Below, one piece after another: positions 21,983 through 30,767 of a stretch of 64,000 nucleotides of DNA. Origin of the DNA: an uncultured Actinomycetota bacterium (GTDB lineage Bacteria > Actinomycetota > Actinomycetes > Mycobacteriales > SCTD01); contig CAWJNR010000002.1 in the NCBI GenBank assembly GCA_963844295.1, forward strand, positions 875,816-939,815, read 5' to 3'. The notes beneath the pieces were generated by a model, which did not search any database, was not told the origin of the DNA, and was given only the letters and a program-made list of their open reading frames with translations. The translations under genes were made by a program, and so were the position numbers. Each line of letters begins with the position of its first letter. Within the stretch, counting starts at the first letter, position 1.

Positions 21983-22681
21983 ATGGTCCTGTCCGCCCGT
22001 GCCCGGGCCCGCGCCGAGGTCGAGCGCGACATCAAGGCGGTCGCCGCCCGCCACCTGGCCGAGGCCGGTGCCGCCTCGCTGTCGCTGCGGGCCGTCGCCC
22101 GCGAGCTGGGGATGGCGTCGTCGGCGCTCTACCGCTACTACCCGAGCCGTGACGCGCTGCTGACCGCGCTGATCGTCGACGCCTACGACGCGATCGGGAG
22201 CGCCGCCGAGCAGGCCGACGACCCGGGGGTCGAGCCGGGGGCGCGCTGGGCCGGTGTCTGCAGGGCGGTGCGGACGTGGGCCAAGGCCCACCCGCACGAG
22301 TGGGCGCTCGTCCACGGGACGCCGGTGCCCGGCTACGCCGCCCCGCAGGACACGATCGCGGCCGCCACGCGCCTGGCCCGCGTCATGGCCACGATCGTCG
22401 TGGCGGCGGTGGACGACGGGTCCCTGCGACTCCCCCGCCGACCCCTGCCGGGCCCGCGCCTGGTCACCGACGCCGTGCTGGAGGTGGTCGAACGGGAGCC
22501 CGGGCCGCCGTACGACGACCTGCTCGAGCGCTCGGTGGTCCTGCTCGCCGGCCTGGTGGGGACGGTGTCGTACGAGCTGTTCGGCCACACCCGTGGCACC
22601 TTCACCGACGACGACGCGTGGTTCGACATCGCCATGGCCGTCCTCGCCGAGGGCGTGGGGCTGGACCTGCCGCTGGGCTGA
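21983..22681 (+). CDS. TetR/AcrR family transcriptional regulator
   Basis: HTH region: AARHLAEAGAASLSLRAVARELGMASSALYRYYPSRDALLTALIVDAY. Confidence 0.85.
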   Translation: MVLSARARARAEVERDIKAVAARHLAEAGAASLSLRAVARELGMASSALYRYYPSRDALLTALIVDAYDAIGSAAEQADDPGVEPGARWAGVCRAVRTWAKAHPHEWALVHGTPVPGYAAPQDTIAAATRLARVMATIVVAAVDDGSLRLPRRPLPGPRLVTDAVLEVVEREPGPPYDDLLERSVVLLAGLVGTVSYELFGHTRGTFTDDDAWFDIAMAVLAEGVGLDLPLG

Positions 22682-22703
22682 CCAGCGCCGTAACGTGCTG
22701 GGC

Positions 22704-23954
22704 ATGGACGACCGCGAGCAGACCGCCGCCCACATCGCCGCCGCCGGCAGCGCCGACTTCGGCTCCGAGGTGCACGGCGACACGACGGCCGACCGCTGGG
22801 CCGGCGGCGGCTACGGCTTCGAGACCCTCGCGATCCACGCCGGTCAGGACCCCGACCCGACGACGGGCGCCGTCGTCGTGCCGATCTACCAGACCTCCAC
22901 CTACGTGCAGTCCGAGGTCGGCCAGCACAAGGGGTACGAGTACAGCCGCAGCGGCAACCCGACCCGCACCGCGCTGGAGACCTGCCTGGCGGCCCTCGAG
23001 GGGGGCCGCACCGGGCTGGCCTTCGCCAGCGGACTGGCCGCCGAGGACTGCCTGCTCCGCACGGTCACGAAGCCGGGCGGGCACGTCGTCATCCCCGACG
23101 ACGCGTACGGCGGCACGTACCGGCTGTTCGCGCAGGTCCTGCAGCGCTGGGGGGTCGCGCACACGCCGGTCTCGCTGGCCGACCTCGACGCCGTGCGCGC
23201 GGCGGTGCGGCCGGAGACGAGCCTGATCTGGTGCGAGACGCCGACCAACCCCCTGCTCGGCATCGCCGACATCGCCGGGCTGGCGGGGATCGCGCACGAC
23301 GCCGGTGCGCGGCTGGCCGTCGACAACACCTTCGCGAGCCCGTACCTGCAGCAGCCGCTCGCCCTCGGCGCGGACGTCGTCGTGCACTCGACGACGAAGT
23401 ACCTCGGCGGCCACTCCGACGTCGTCGGCGGCGCGCTCGTCGTCTCCGACCCGGCGCTGGGCGAGGAGCTCGCCTACCACCAGAACGCGATGGGCGGCGT
23501 CCCCGGCGCCTTCGACTCCTGGCTGGTGCTGCGCGGCGCCAAGACGCTCGGCGTGCGGATGGACCGGCACTGCGCCAACGCGGCCGCGGTCGTCGAGCTG
23601 CTGCTCGCCTCGCCGCAGGTGGCGCAGGTCCTCTACCCCGGGCTGCCCGACCACCCCGGCCACGACGTCGCCGCGAAGCAGATGAGCGGCTTCGGCGGCA
23701 TGGTCAGCTTCCGCCTCGCCGGCGGTGAGCAGGCCGCGCTGGACGTCTGCCGGTCGACGACCGTCTTCACCCTGGGCGAGTCGCTCGGCGGCGTCGAGTC
23801 GCTCATCGAGCACCCCGGCCGGATGACCCACGCCAGCGTCGCCGGCTCGCAGCTCGAGGTGCCGGACGACCTGGTGCGGCTGTCGGTCGGCATCGAGACG
23901 GCCGGCGACCTGCTGGCCGACCTCGAGCGGGCGCTCGGCAGCCTGTCCGCTTGA
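22704..23954 (+). CDS. metB: Cystathionine gamma-synthase/lyase (Cys/Met metabolism PLP enzyme)
   Basis: GFETLAIHAGQDPDP ... YEYSRSGNPTR ... VVHSTTKYLGGHSDVVGG (PLP lysine) ... ESLGGVESLIEHP. Confidence 0.9.
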   Translation: MDDREQTAAHIAAAGSADFGSEVHGDTTADRWAGGGYGFETLAIHAGQDPDPTTGAVVVPIYQTSTYVQSEVGQHKGYEYSRSGNPTRTALETCLAALEGGRTGLAFASGLAAEDCLLRTVTKPGGHVVIPDDAYGGTYRLFAQVLQRWGVAHTPVSLADLDAVRAAVRPETSLIWCETPTNPLLGIADIAGLAGIAHDAGARLAVDNTFASPYLQQPLALGADVVVHSTTKYLGGHSDVVGGALVVSDPALGEELAYHQNAMGGVPGAFDSWLVLRGAKTLGVRMDRHCANAAAVVELLLASPQVAQVLYPGLPDHPGHDVAAKQMSGFGGMVSFRLAGGEQAALDVCRSTTVFTLGESLGGVESLIEHPGRMTHASVAGSQLEVPDDLVRLSVGIETAGDLLADLERALGSLSA

Positions 23955-23985
23955 CCCGGGTCGTGCGGCGACCCACCCTTCCCCG

Positions 23986-24969
23986 ATGAGGCGTCCGCCC
24001 GGCCACCGGTCCCCGGCCCGCCCGACCGCGTGGGCGCTCGGGCTGGTGCTGCTGGGAAGCGCCTGCTCGGCGGCACCGGAGCCGCGAGCTGCTGCCGGGC
24101 CGGCCCCGGCGGCGCGGGGTGAGGTCCGCGAGGCACTCCGCGAACCCGTGCCGGTCGCCCCGAGCCCGACGCCCGCGCCGCCGCCGGCGCCGAACGCCGC
24201 CACCCCCGACCTCGACGTCAGCAGCGTGCTCGGCCCGCCGCCCGGCCCGCAGGTCGACGCGCAGCCGGAGCGCACGGCCGCGCCCGCCGACCGGTGGGCG
24301 CTGCTGGTCGGCGTGCAGGACTACCGGCCGCCGACGGTCGACACGATCGGCAGCGCGCAGGACGTCCGCTTCATCGCCGACGCCCTCGTCGCGAGCGGCT
24401 GGCGGGCCGACCAGATCCGGGTGCTGACCGACGAGCAGGTCACCGGTCGTGCGCTCCGCGAGGGGCTGGCCTGGCTGGCGGAGCGCAGCCGGCCGGGGAC
24501 CTTCGCGCTGTTCCACTACTCCGGCCACGTCAAGCAGCACGGCGGGCAGAGCGAGTCGCTGTGGCCCGTCGACCGCGACTTCGTCCGCGACCGCGAGGTG
24601 ACGGCCGCGCTCTCCGCCGCCGCGGGCAAGCTCTGGGTCGACATCGCCGGCTGCGAGGCGGCCAGCTTCCTGGACGGGCTGCCGAGCGAGCGGGTGCTGT
24701 TCACCGGCTCGTCGACGGCCGTCGAGAAGTCCTACGAGTACCCGCCCTGGGGCATGTCGGTCTGGACCGGGCTGCTGTTCGACCTCGGGCTGCAGCAGGG
24801 GCAGGCGGACGCCGACGGCGACGGGCGCACCACCGTCGGCGAGGCGCTGCGCTGGTCGACCTACTACGCGCAGGCCATCACCCTGGGGCAGGAGCCGTAC
24901 GGCCGGCAGACCCCGCAGATGGCCGGCGACCAAGTGCTCGGCTGGACCCTGGCGGACCCGCCGGCCTGA
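23986..24969 (+). CDS. Secreted/lipoprotein caspase-family (peptidase C14-like) protein
   Basis: Signal peptide plus Cys (AWALGLVLLGSACS). Pro/Ala-rich linker. Caspase-like His-Cys dyad context: RWALLVGVQDY ... FALFHYSGHV ... LWVDIAGCEAASF. Confidence 0.72.
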   Translation: MRRPPGHRSPARPTAWALGLVLLGSACSAAPEPRAAAGPAPAARGEVREALREPVPVAPSPTPAPPPAPNAATPDLDVSSVLGPPPGPQVDAQPERTAAPADRWALLVGVQDYRPPTVDTIGSAQDVRFIADALVASGWRADQIRVLTDEQVTGRALREGLAWLAERSRPGTFALFHYSGHVKQHGGQSESLWPVDRDFVRDREVTAALSAAAGKLWVDIAGCEAASFLDGLPSERVLFTGSSTAVEKSYEYPPWGMSVWTGLLFDLGLQQGQADADGDGRTTVGEALRWSTYYAQAITLGQEPYGRQTPQMAGDQVLGWTLADPPA

Positions 24970-24972
24970 GGC

Positions 24973-25429
24973 CTACGCGCCCGGCTTGACGACCATGAGG
25001 ACGACGATCGCGGTCCAGGCGAGCAGCACCAGGCCCGAACCGGCGGCGATGCGCCCTACCTGGTCGGTGGCGCTGCCGCCGCCCTCGATCGCCTTGGCCG
25101 CCGACAGCTGCGCCGGGACGACCAGCGCGAGCGTGAGCACCAGCGCCACGAACCACAGGGCGTACGACGCCGAGACCCAGAGCTGGCCCATCTCCCACTG
25201 CCCGCCGACGTCGCCGAGGCCGACCATCGCCGTGCCGAGCAGCACCGTGAGCAGCGTCGCCAGCGTGTAGAGGCGGGTGGTGCGGCTGGCGTCGCGCAGC
25301 GCCTGGGCGTGGCCGGCCCTGGCCGCGCGCACCGACGTCATCGCCGGCGATGGCCGCCGGCCCGACCAGGAACGCGACCGTGAGCAGGTGCAGGACGAGC
25401 ACGACGGCGTAGGTCCCGGAGTAGGTCAT
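24973..25429 (-). CDS. Small integral membrane protein (DUF2269-like, tentative), frameshift near 25340
   Basis: The N-terminus MTYSGTYAVVLVLHLLTVAFLVGPAAIAG (track ORF 24878..25429) continues in the frame of ORF 24973..25341 (TSVRAARAGHAQALRDASRTTRLYTLATLLTVLLG ... VVLMVVKPGA). Four predicted TM segments. Confidence 0.55.
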
Positions 25430-25473
25430 GGACGGACCGTAGCGACTCCAGCGCGCTGCGGCCCTCTACGTCG

Positions 25474-25521
25474 TTGCGTCCGCCCCCCGGACGCGCGCCG
25501 CGCTCGTGCTGCAGGACGCAA
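25474..25521. repeat. Hairpin repeat copy R6 (TTGCGTCC ... GCAGGACGCAA)
   Basis: gTTGCGTCCgccccccggacgcgcgccgcgctcgtgctGCAGGACGCAAg. It has the same terminal arms as the five copies at 55.7-57.1 kb. It is intergenic, between the membrane-protein start and the VWA stop. Confidence 0.5.
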
Positions 25522-25529
25522 GGGCAGGG

Positions 25530-27484
25530 TCAGCGGGCGCGGCGGCGGCCGCGGCGGGCGCGCAGGTAGTCGCTGACGACGTACTCACCGAGCCGCTCGG
25601 GGTCGGGGAGAACACCCGGCCGCCGTTGCGGGCCGCGAGCGTCTCGACGAAGTCGACCAGCCGCGGCTCGTCGTCGAGCATGAAGACGTTGATGGTCGCG
25701 CCGCGGCGGGTGACCCGCTCGACCTCGGCCAGCGTCAGCTCGAGCGTCTCCGGCAGCGGCGGCCAGCAGAACTCCGCGTAGCCGCTGCGGGTGAGGTGGG
25801 CGGTCGGCTCGCCGTCCGTGACGACCAGCACGACCGGTTCGCCGTCCGGGTGCTTGGCGAGGTGCCGCCCGGCCAGCACGAGCGCGTGCTGCAGGTTGGT
25901 GCCCTGCACGCGCTGTGCGTCGAGGCCAGCCAGCTCCTCGGGCTTGAGCACCTGCGCGTAGTCGCTGAAGCCGATGATCTCGATCGCGTCCTGCGGGTAC
26001 TTCGTCGTCACCAGCGAGTGCAGCGCGAGCGCCGTCGACTTGGCCGTGCCCCACGTGCCGCGCAGCTCCATCGAGAACGACAGGTCGACCAGCAGCGCGA
26101 CGGTCGCGCTCGTGCGCCGCTCGGTCTCGACGACCTCGAAGTCCTCGACGTGCAGGCGCACCGGACCGGCCCCCGACCTCAGCACCGCGTTGCGCACCGT
26201 GCGGACCACGTCCAGAGGCTGCTCGTCGCCGAACTCCCACGGCCGCGAGGCGCCGGTGCGCTCGCCCGCCGCGCCGGCGTCCTGCACGTCGTGGCCGCCC
26301 CGGCCACCTGCCTCGAGCTTGGCGAAGACCTTGCGCAGCGCGGTCGCCCCGACCCGGCGCACGGCCCTCGGCGACAGCTCGAGCCGGCCGCGGGCGTCGC
26401 GGACGAGGTAGCCCTGCTCCATCAGCTCGCGCTCGATCCGGCGCAGGGCCGCCACGTCGTCGACCGCCCCGCGACCGAGCGCGCGCTGCACCGCCGCCTC
26501 GTCGACGTCGTCGAGCGAGGCGCCCGGGTAGTCCTGCGACAGCGCGGCTTCCAGGTCGTCGAGGTCGGCCAGCTCCTCGAGCGCCGTCGTGGCGTCGCCC
26601 ATCCCCATGCCCTGCTCGCCGCGCATCTTCTCCCGGCCGCCCCACGGCAGGTCAGGACGGGCGTTGCGCAGGCTGTCGCCGAGCTGCGCCATCTGCGCCT
26701 GCAGGTCGAGGTCCATCGCGCCCTGCATGAGCTCGCCGAGCTCCTGGCGCTGCTGCGGGGTGAGCGAGTCCATCAGCCGCTGCTGCGCGGCCGCGCGCCG
26801 GGCGAGGTCGTCGACGAGCTCCTCCAGCGTCTCCGGCTGCGACGGGAAGAACTCCCCGTGCTTGCCCATGAAGTCGTCGAACTGCTCCTGCGTGTGCTCT
26901 CCGCGTGCGTCGGCCTCGAGCATCGCGTTGAGGTCGGCGAGCATGTCCTTCACCGCCTGCATCGCCTCGGGCGAGGCGTTCTCGAGCGCGTCCTTCATCC
27001 CCTTGAACTGGCTGTCGAGGACCTCCCGCCGCAGCAGGTCGTCGATCGCCTCGTACGCCGCCCGGGCCTCGTCGCTGCGCCACGCGTAGGGCTTGAGCGC
27101 CTGCACGGCCCGCGCGGTGTCGGTCGGCAGGGTGTCGAGCTCCAGCTCGCGCATGCGGGCGTCGTCCGACGGGTCGGGGAACAGCTCCTGCCGCTCGGCC
27201 TCCAGCGCCTGCTCGAGCAGGTCGCGCACCTCCTGCAGCGTGCCGTCGAGCTGCCCCTTCTGGCGGGCCTGCCGCTGCCGCTTCGCGACCTGGCGGCGCA
27301 GGTCGTCCAGCCCGCGCAGACCGTCCGCGCCGCGGCGCAGGAGGTCGCGCAGCGCCTGCCGGGCGCTCGCGCCGTCGAGCACCGCCTCGCCGATCTCGTC
27401 GAGCGCGGCGGCGACGTCGTACGGCGGCTCGAGCGGGTCGCGGCCGCCCGACCACGACCCGTAGCGGTAGGCGGCGCTGCTCAT
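25530..27484 (-). CDS. VWA domain-containing protein (BchD/CoxE-like partner of the upstream AAA ATPase), C-terminal frameshift near 25610
   Basis: Starts at MSSAAYRYGSWSGGRDPLEPPYD, in an ATGA overlap with the upstream small ORF. Long acidic coiled-coil region. VWA MIDAS context is ATVALLVDLSFSM ... VLVVTDGEPTAH. The true tail is in another frame ([24 protein letters not shown]-stop at 25530). Confidence 0.8.
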
Positions 27485-27780
27485 CGCCGGCCGGCCCGAG
27501 CGTTCAGGGAGCGGCAGCCGGCCTGGATCGCGAAAGCCACGGCCAGCACGACGATCGCGGCGCCGGGGGGCAGCCACTGACCGGAGAGCAGCTTGACCGG
27601 GACCAGCGCGAGGGCCACTGCGAGCGCCGCCTGCAGCAGCGTCGCCAGCACCACCTGCGGCGTGCCGCGCAGGGCGAACTCGTACAGGAACGGCAGGCGC
27701 GACAGCCGGGTCGACCGGGCCCGCTCGGCCCGGCGGGCGGCCTTGTCCAGGCCAGCCCGGTCGGCGCCGGCCTCAGCCAC
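27481..27780 (-). CDS. Small membrane protein (2 TM), unknown function
   Basis: Track ORF MAEAGADRAGLDKAARRAERARSTRLSRLPFLYEFALRGTPQVVLATLLQAALAVALALVPVKLL ... IVVLAVAFAIQAG. Its start overlaps the upstream stop by 8 nt, and its stop overlaps the VWA start (ATGA). Confidence 0.55.
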   Translation of the reverse strand: MAEAGADRAGLDKAARRAERARSTRLSRLPFLYEFALRGTPQVVLATLLQAALAVALALVPVKLLSGQWLPPGAAIVVLAVAFAIQAGCRSLNARAGRR

Positions 27781-28045
27781 GACCGGCCTCCTTCTCCTCC
27801 AGGTAGGCCTGCATCGCCAGCCGCCGCTGCAGCCGGTTCGCCGCCAGCACCGGCGCCATCAGCGGACGGACTCCCAGGAGGACCACGAGCAGCATGGCCG
27901 GCAGGAGCAGCCACGGCGGCGCCTCGAGCGCGGTGATCGTGTAGCCGAGCACGAAGAACGCGCCGAGCGTCAGGACCGCCGTCAGCAGGACCCGCCGCCG
28001 CAGGGCGAACGAGTCCGGGGTGCCGGGGTGGAGGTCGTCGCTCAC
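27773..28045 (-). CDS. Small membrane protein (2 TM), unknown function
   Basis: GTG start lies 1 nt after the AAA stop. VSDDLHPGTPDSFALRRRVLLTAVLTLGAFFVLGYTITALEAPPWLLLPAMLLVVLLGVRPL ... Confidence 0.55.
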   Translation of the reverse strand: MSDDLHPGTPDSFALRRRVLLTAVLTLGAFFVLGYTITALEAPPWLLLPAMLLVVLLGVRPLMAPVLAANRLQRRLAMQAYLEEKEAGRG

Positions 28046-28046
28046 G

Positions 28047-29462
28047 TCAGCCGCCGTAGACCGTCCGGCCGGCGACCTCGTCCTTGGCCAGCCGGCGGTT
28101 GAGGTGCAGCCCCTCCAGCGCGAGCTCGAGAGCCGCCGCGGCGAGGCCGGGCGACTCCTCCTCGACGCCGAGGCGGGACAGGATCGCGGCCAGGCCCGGC
28201 ACGGGGCCCAGGCCGGCGAGCAGGTCGGCGGCCGGGACGAGGTCACCGGTCTCGACGGTCGCGCCCTCGTCGAACCGCCCCTGCAGCCCGCTCAGGTCGA
28301 CGCCGGCCAGGTGCGCGCGGAAGACGTCGGCCGTCGCCTTGCGCAGCAGGTGGGCGAGGACCTCGAGCTCGCGGCCCTCCTCGGCCGACTCGAACTCCAC
28401 CTTGCCGCGGGCGGCGGGCACGACCGACGGCAGGTCGCACACCCGCGCGACCGCCTGCGCCTCACCCGTGACCGCGGCGCGTCGTACGGCCGAGGCGGCC
28501 ACCGTCTCGGCGCCGGCGACGGCGAAGCGGGCACTGACGCCGGAGCGCTGGTCGACCTGGGGCGACTCGCGCACGAGGCGGGTCCAGCGGGCGATGACCT
28601 CGATCAGGTGCTCGGGCACGACGACAGTCGTGCCGGGCCACTGCAGCTGCGCCTCCTGCGAGATCAGCGCCACCTCGTGCGACAGGTCGAGCGGGTAGTG
28701 GGTGCGCACCTCGGCCCCGAAGCGGTCCTTGAGCGGGGTGATGATGCGGCCGCGGTTGGTGTAGTCCTCGGGGTTGGCGGAGGCGACGAGCAGCAGGTCC
28801 AGCGGCAGCCGCAGCGTGTAGCCGCGGACCTGGATGTCGCGCTCCTCCAGGACGTTCAGCAGCGCGACCTGGATCCGCTCGGCCAGGTCGGGCAGCTCGT
28901 TGACGCTGAAGATCCCGCGGTTCGTGCGCGGGACCAGGCCGTAGTGGACGGTCTCCGGGTCGCCCAGCGTCCGACCCTCCGCGACCTTGATCGGGTCGAC
29001 GTCGCCGATGAGGTCGCCGACCGAGGTGTCCGGCGTCGCGAGCTTCTCGCCGTACCGGTCGCTGCGGTGCTTCCACGTCACCGGCGTCGCGTCGCCGTGC
29101 TCGGCGACGACCCGCTTGCCCTCCGGGCTGATCGGCGCGTACGGGTGCTCGTTGAGCTCGGAGCCGACCAGCACCGGCGTCCACTCGTCGAGCAGGCCGA
29201 CCAGCGTGCGGATCAGCCGCGTCTTGCCCTGCCCCCGCTCGCCGAGCAGCACCAGGTCGTGGCCGGCCAGCAGGGCCCGCTCGACCTGCGGCAGCACCGT
29301 GTCGTCGAAGCCGAGGATCCCGGGGAAGGCGGACTGGCCCGCCGCCAGCCGGACCAGCAGGTTGTCGCGCACCTCGACCTTGACCGGCTTGAGGACGTGA
29401 CCGCTCGCGCGCAGCTCGCCGAGGGTCGTGTCAGCAGGGGCGGGGGGCACCGGGCTCGTCAC
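28047..29462 (-). CDS. AAA+ ATPase, Mg-chelatase ChlI / sigma-54-interaction-domain-like
   Basis: Walker A is LLGERGQGKTRL. Walker B/sensor context is GIFSVNELPDLAERIQVALLNVLEERDIQVRGY ... LLLVASANPEDYTNRGRIITPLKDRF. Confidence 0.88.
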   Translation of the reverse strand: MTSPVPPAPADTTLGELRASGHVLKPVKVEVRDNLLVRLAAGQSAFPGILGFDDTVLPQVERALLAGHDLVLLGERGQGKTRLIRTLVGLLDEWTPVLVGSELNEHPYAPISPEGKRVVAEHGDATPVTWKHRSDRYGEKLATPDTSVGDLIGDVDPIKVAEGRTLGDPETVHYGLVPRTNRGIFSVNELPDLAERIQVALLNVLEERDIQVRGYTLRLPLDLLLVASANPEDYTNRGRIITPLKDRFGAEVRTHYPLDLSHEVALISQEAQLQWPGTTVVVPEHLIEVIARWTRLVRESPQVDQRSGVSARFAVAGAETVAASAVRRAAVTGEAQAVARVCDLPSVVPAARGKVEFESAEEGRELEVLAHLLRKATADVFRAHLAGVDLSGLQGRFDEGATVETGDLVPAADLLAGLGPVPGLAAILSRLGVEEESPGLAAAALELALEGLHLNRRLAKDEVAGRTVYGG

Positions 29463-29566
29463 CTCCCGACCGTACGTCCGCCGCGCCCGTCCGGCACCCC
29501 GCCCTGCACCCGGTCCGTCACCCGGAGGTGGCGGGCGGGACGGGCCGGACCTGGGACACTGCCGGC

Positions 29567-30731
29567 GTGGCGCGCTTCGGGGACGGACTGGCGGTGGGCA
29601 GCGACCTGCTCGCCGCGGCCGAGGCGGCGACCGCCGACGCGCTGGCCCCGCTCGGCGGCCGGGTGCCGGACCTGCTGTGCGTGTTCGTCAGCGGCGCCGA
29701 CCCCGACGCCTGCACCGCCGCGCTCGAGCGGGCGGCCGCATCGGGCCCGGCGGCGGGCGGTCCTGGGCTGCAGCGCCGGCGGCGTCCTCGGCGGCGCGAC
29801 CGGCGTGGAGGGGCGGCCGGCGGTCAGCGTCTTCGCCGCGGTGCTGCCGGGGGTGCGGCTGCGCAGCTTCCACCTCGAGGTGATGCGGGCCGAGGCGGGG
29901 GCCGCGGTCGTCGGCATGCCCGAGCTCGACGGCGGCGACGTCGCCGTGCTGCTCACCGACCCGTACAGCTTCCCGGTCGACGGCTTCCTCGCCCAGGCCA
30001 ACACGGCGCTGCCCGGACTGCCGGTCGTCGGTGGGGTCGCGGCGGGCTCGCGCGGCGCCGGCTCGACCCGGCTCCTCGTCGACGGTCGCGTGGTCGACCG
30101 CGGCGCGGTCGGGCTGATGGTGCAGGGAGCCGGCCTGCGCACGCTCGTCAGCCAGGGCTGCCGTGCCGTCGGGCCGGCGATGACGGTCACCGCCGCCTCC
30201 GGCAACGTCCTGCGGGGTCTCGCGGGAGTGCCTGCCCTGCAGCGGCTCGAGCAGCTGCTCCGCGAGCTCCCGCCGGGCGAGCAGGCGCTGGCCAGCACCG
30301 GCCTGCAGATCGGTCTGGCCGTCGACGAGTACGCCGAGGAGCACGACTACCTCGTCCGGCCGATCCTCGGCGTGGAGCGCGAGACGCAGGGCGTCGTCGT
30401 CGGCGACCTCGTCGAGGTCGGCAGCACCGTGCGCCTGCAGGTCCGCGACGCCGACGCGGCCGACGCCGACCTGCGCCGCGTGCTGGCCGGCTACCGCCGC
30501 GACACGCTGGACGCGCCGGCCGGGGGAGCGCTGCTGTTCTCCTGCAACGGCCGGGGCGCCCACCTGTTCGGCACCGCGCACGGCGGCGCCGACCACGACC
30601 CGGCCCTCGTGCGCCGGGAGCTCGCGGCGCAGGGCGTGGCCGGCTTCTTCGCCGGCGGCGAGCTCGGTCCGGTGGCCGGCCGCAACTCCCTGCACGGCTT
30701 CACCGCCGCCCTGCTCGCCTTCCCCGGCTGA
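29567..30731 (+). CDS. FIST N/C domain-containing sensor protein, frameshift near 29750
   Basis: The N-terminus VARFGDGLAVGSDLLAAAEAATADALAPLGGRVPDLLCVFVSG (frame of ORF 29528) continues in the frame of ORF 28020..30731 (AVLGCSAGGVLGG ... ALLFSCNGRGAHLFG ... VAGFFAGGELGP). Confidence 0.75.
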
Positions 30732-30767
30732 CCGTCGGGGGAGGGTCGCGGTGCCAGACTGCGCGGC

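Noticed and set aside
25466-27577. The 703-aa version of the VWA ORF as given in the track, with its N-terminal extension and Ala/Ser/Thr-rich C-terminal tail.
   Set aside because: The N-terminal 31 codons overlap the upstream small ORF, and the ATGA-coupled start at 27484 is better. The C-terminal tail runs through hairpin repeat R6 and results from a frame break. The native tail (DPERLGEYVVSDYLRARR ...) is in the frame ending at 25530.
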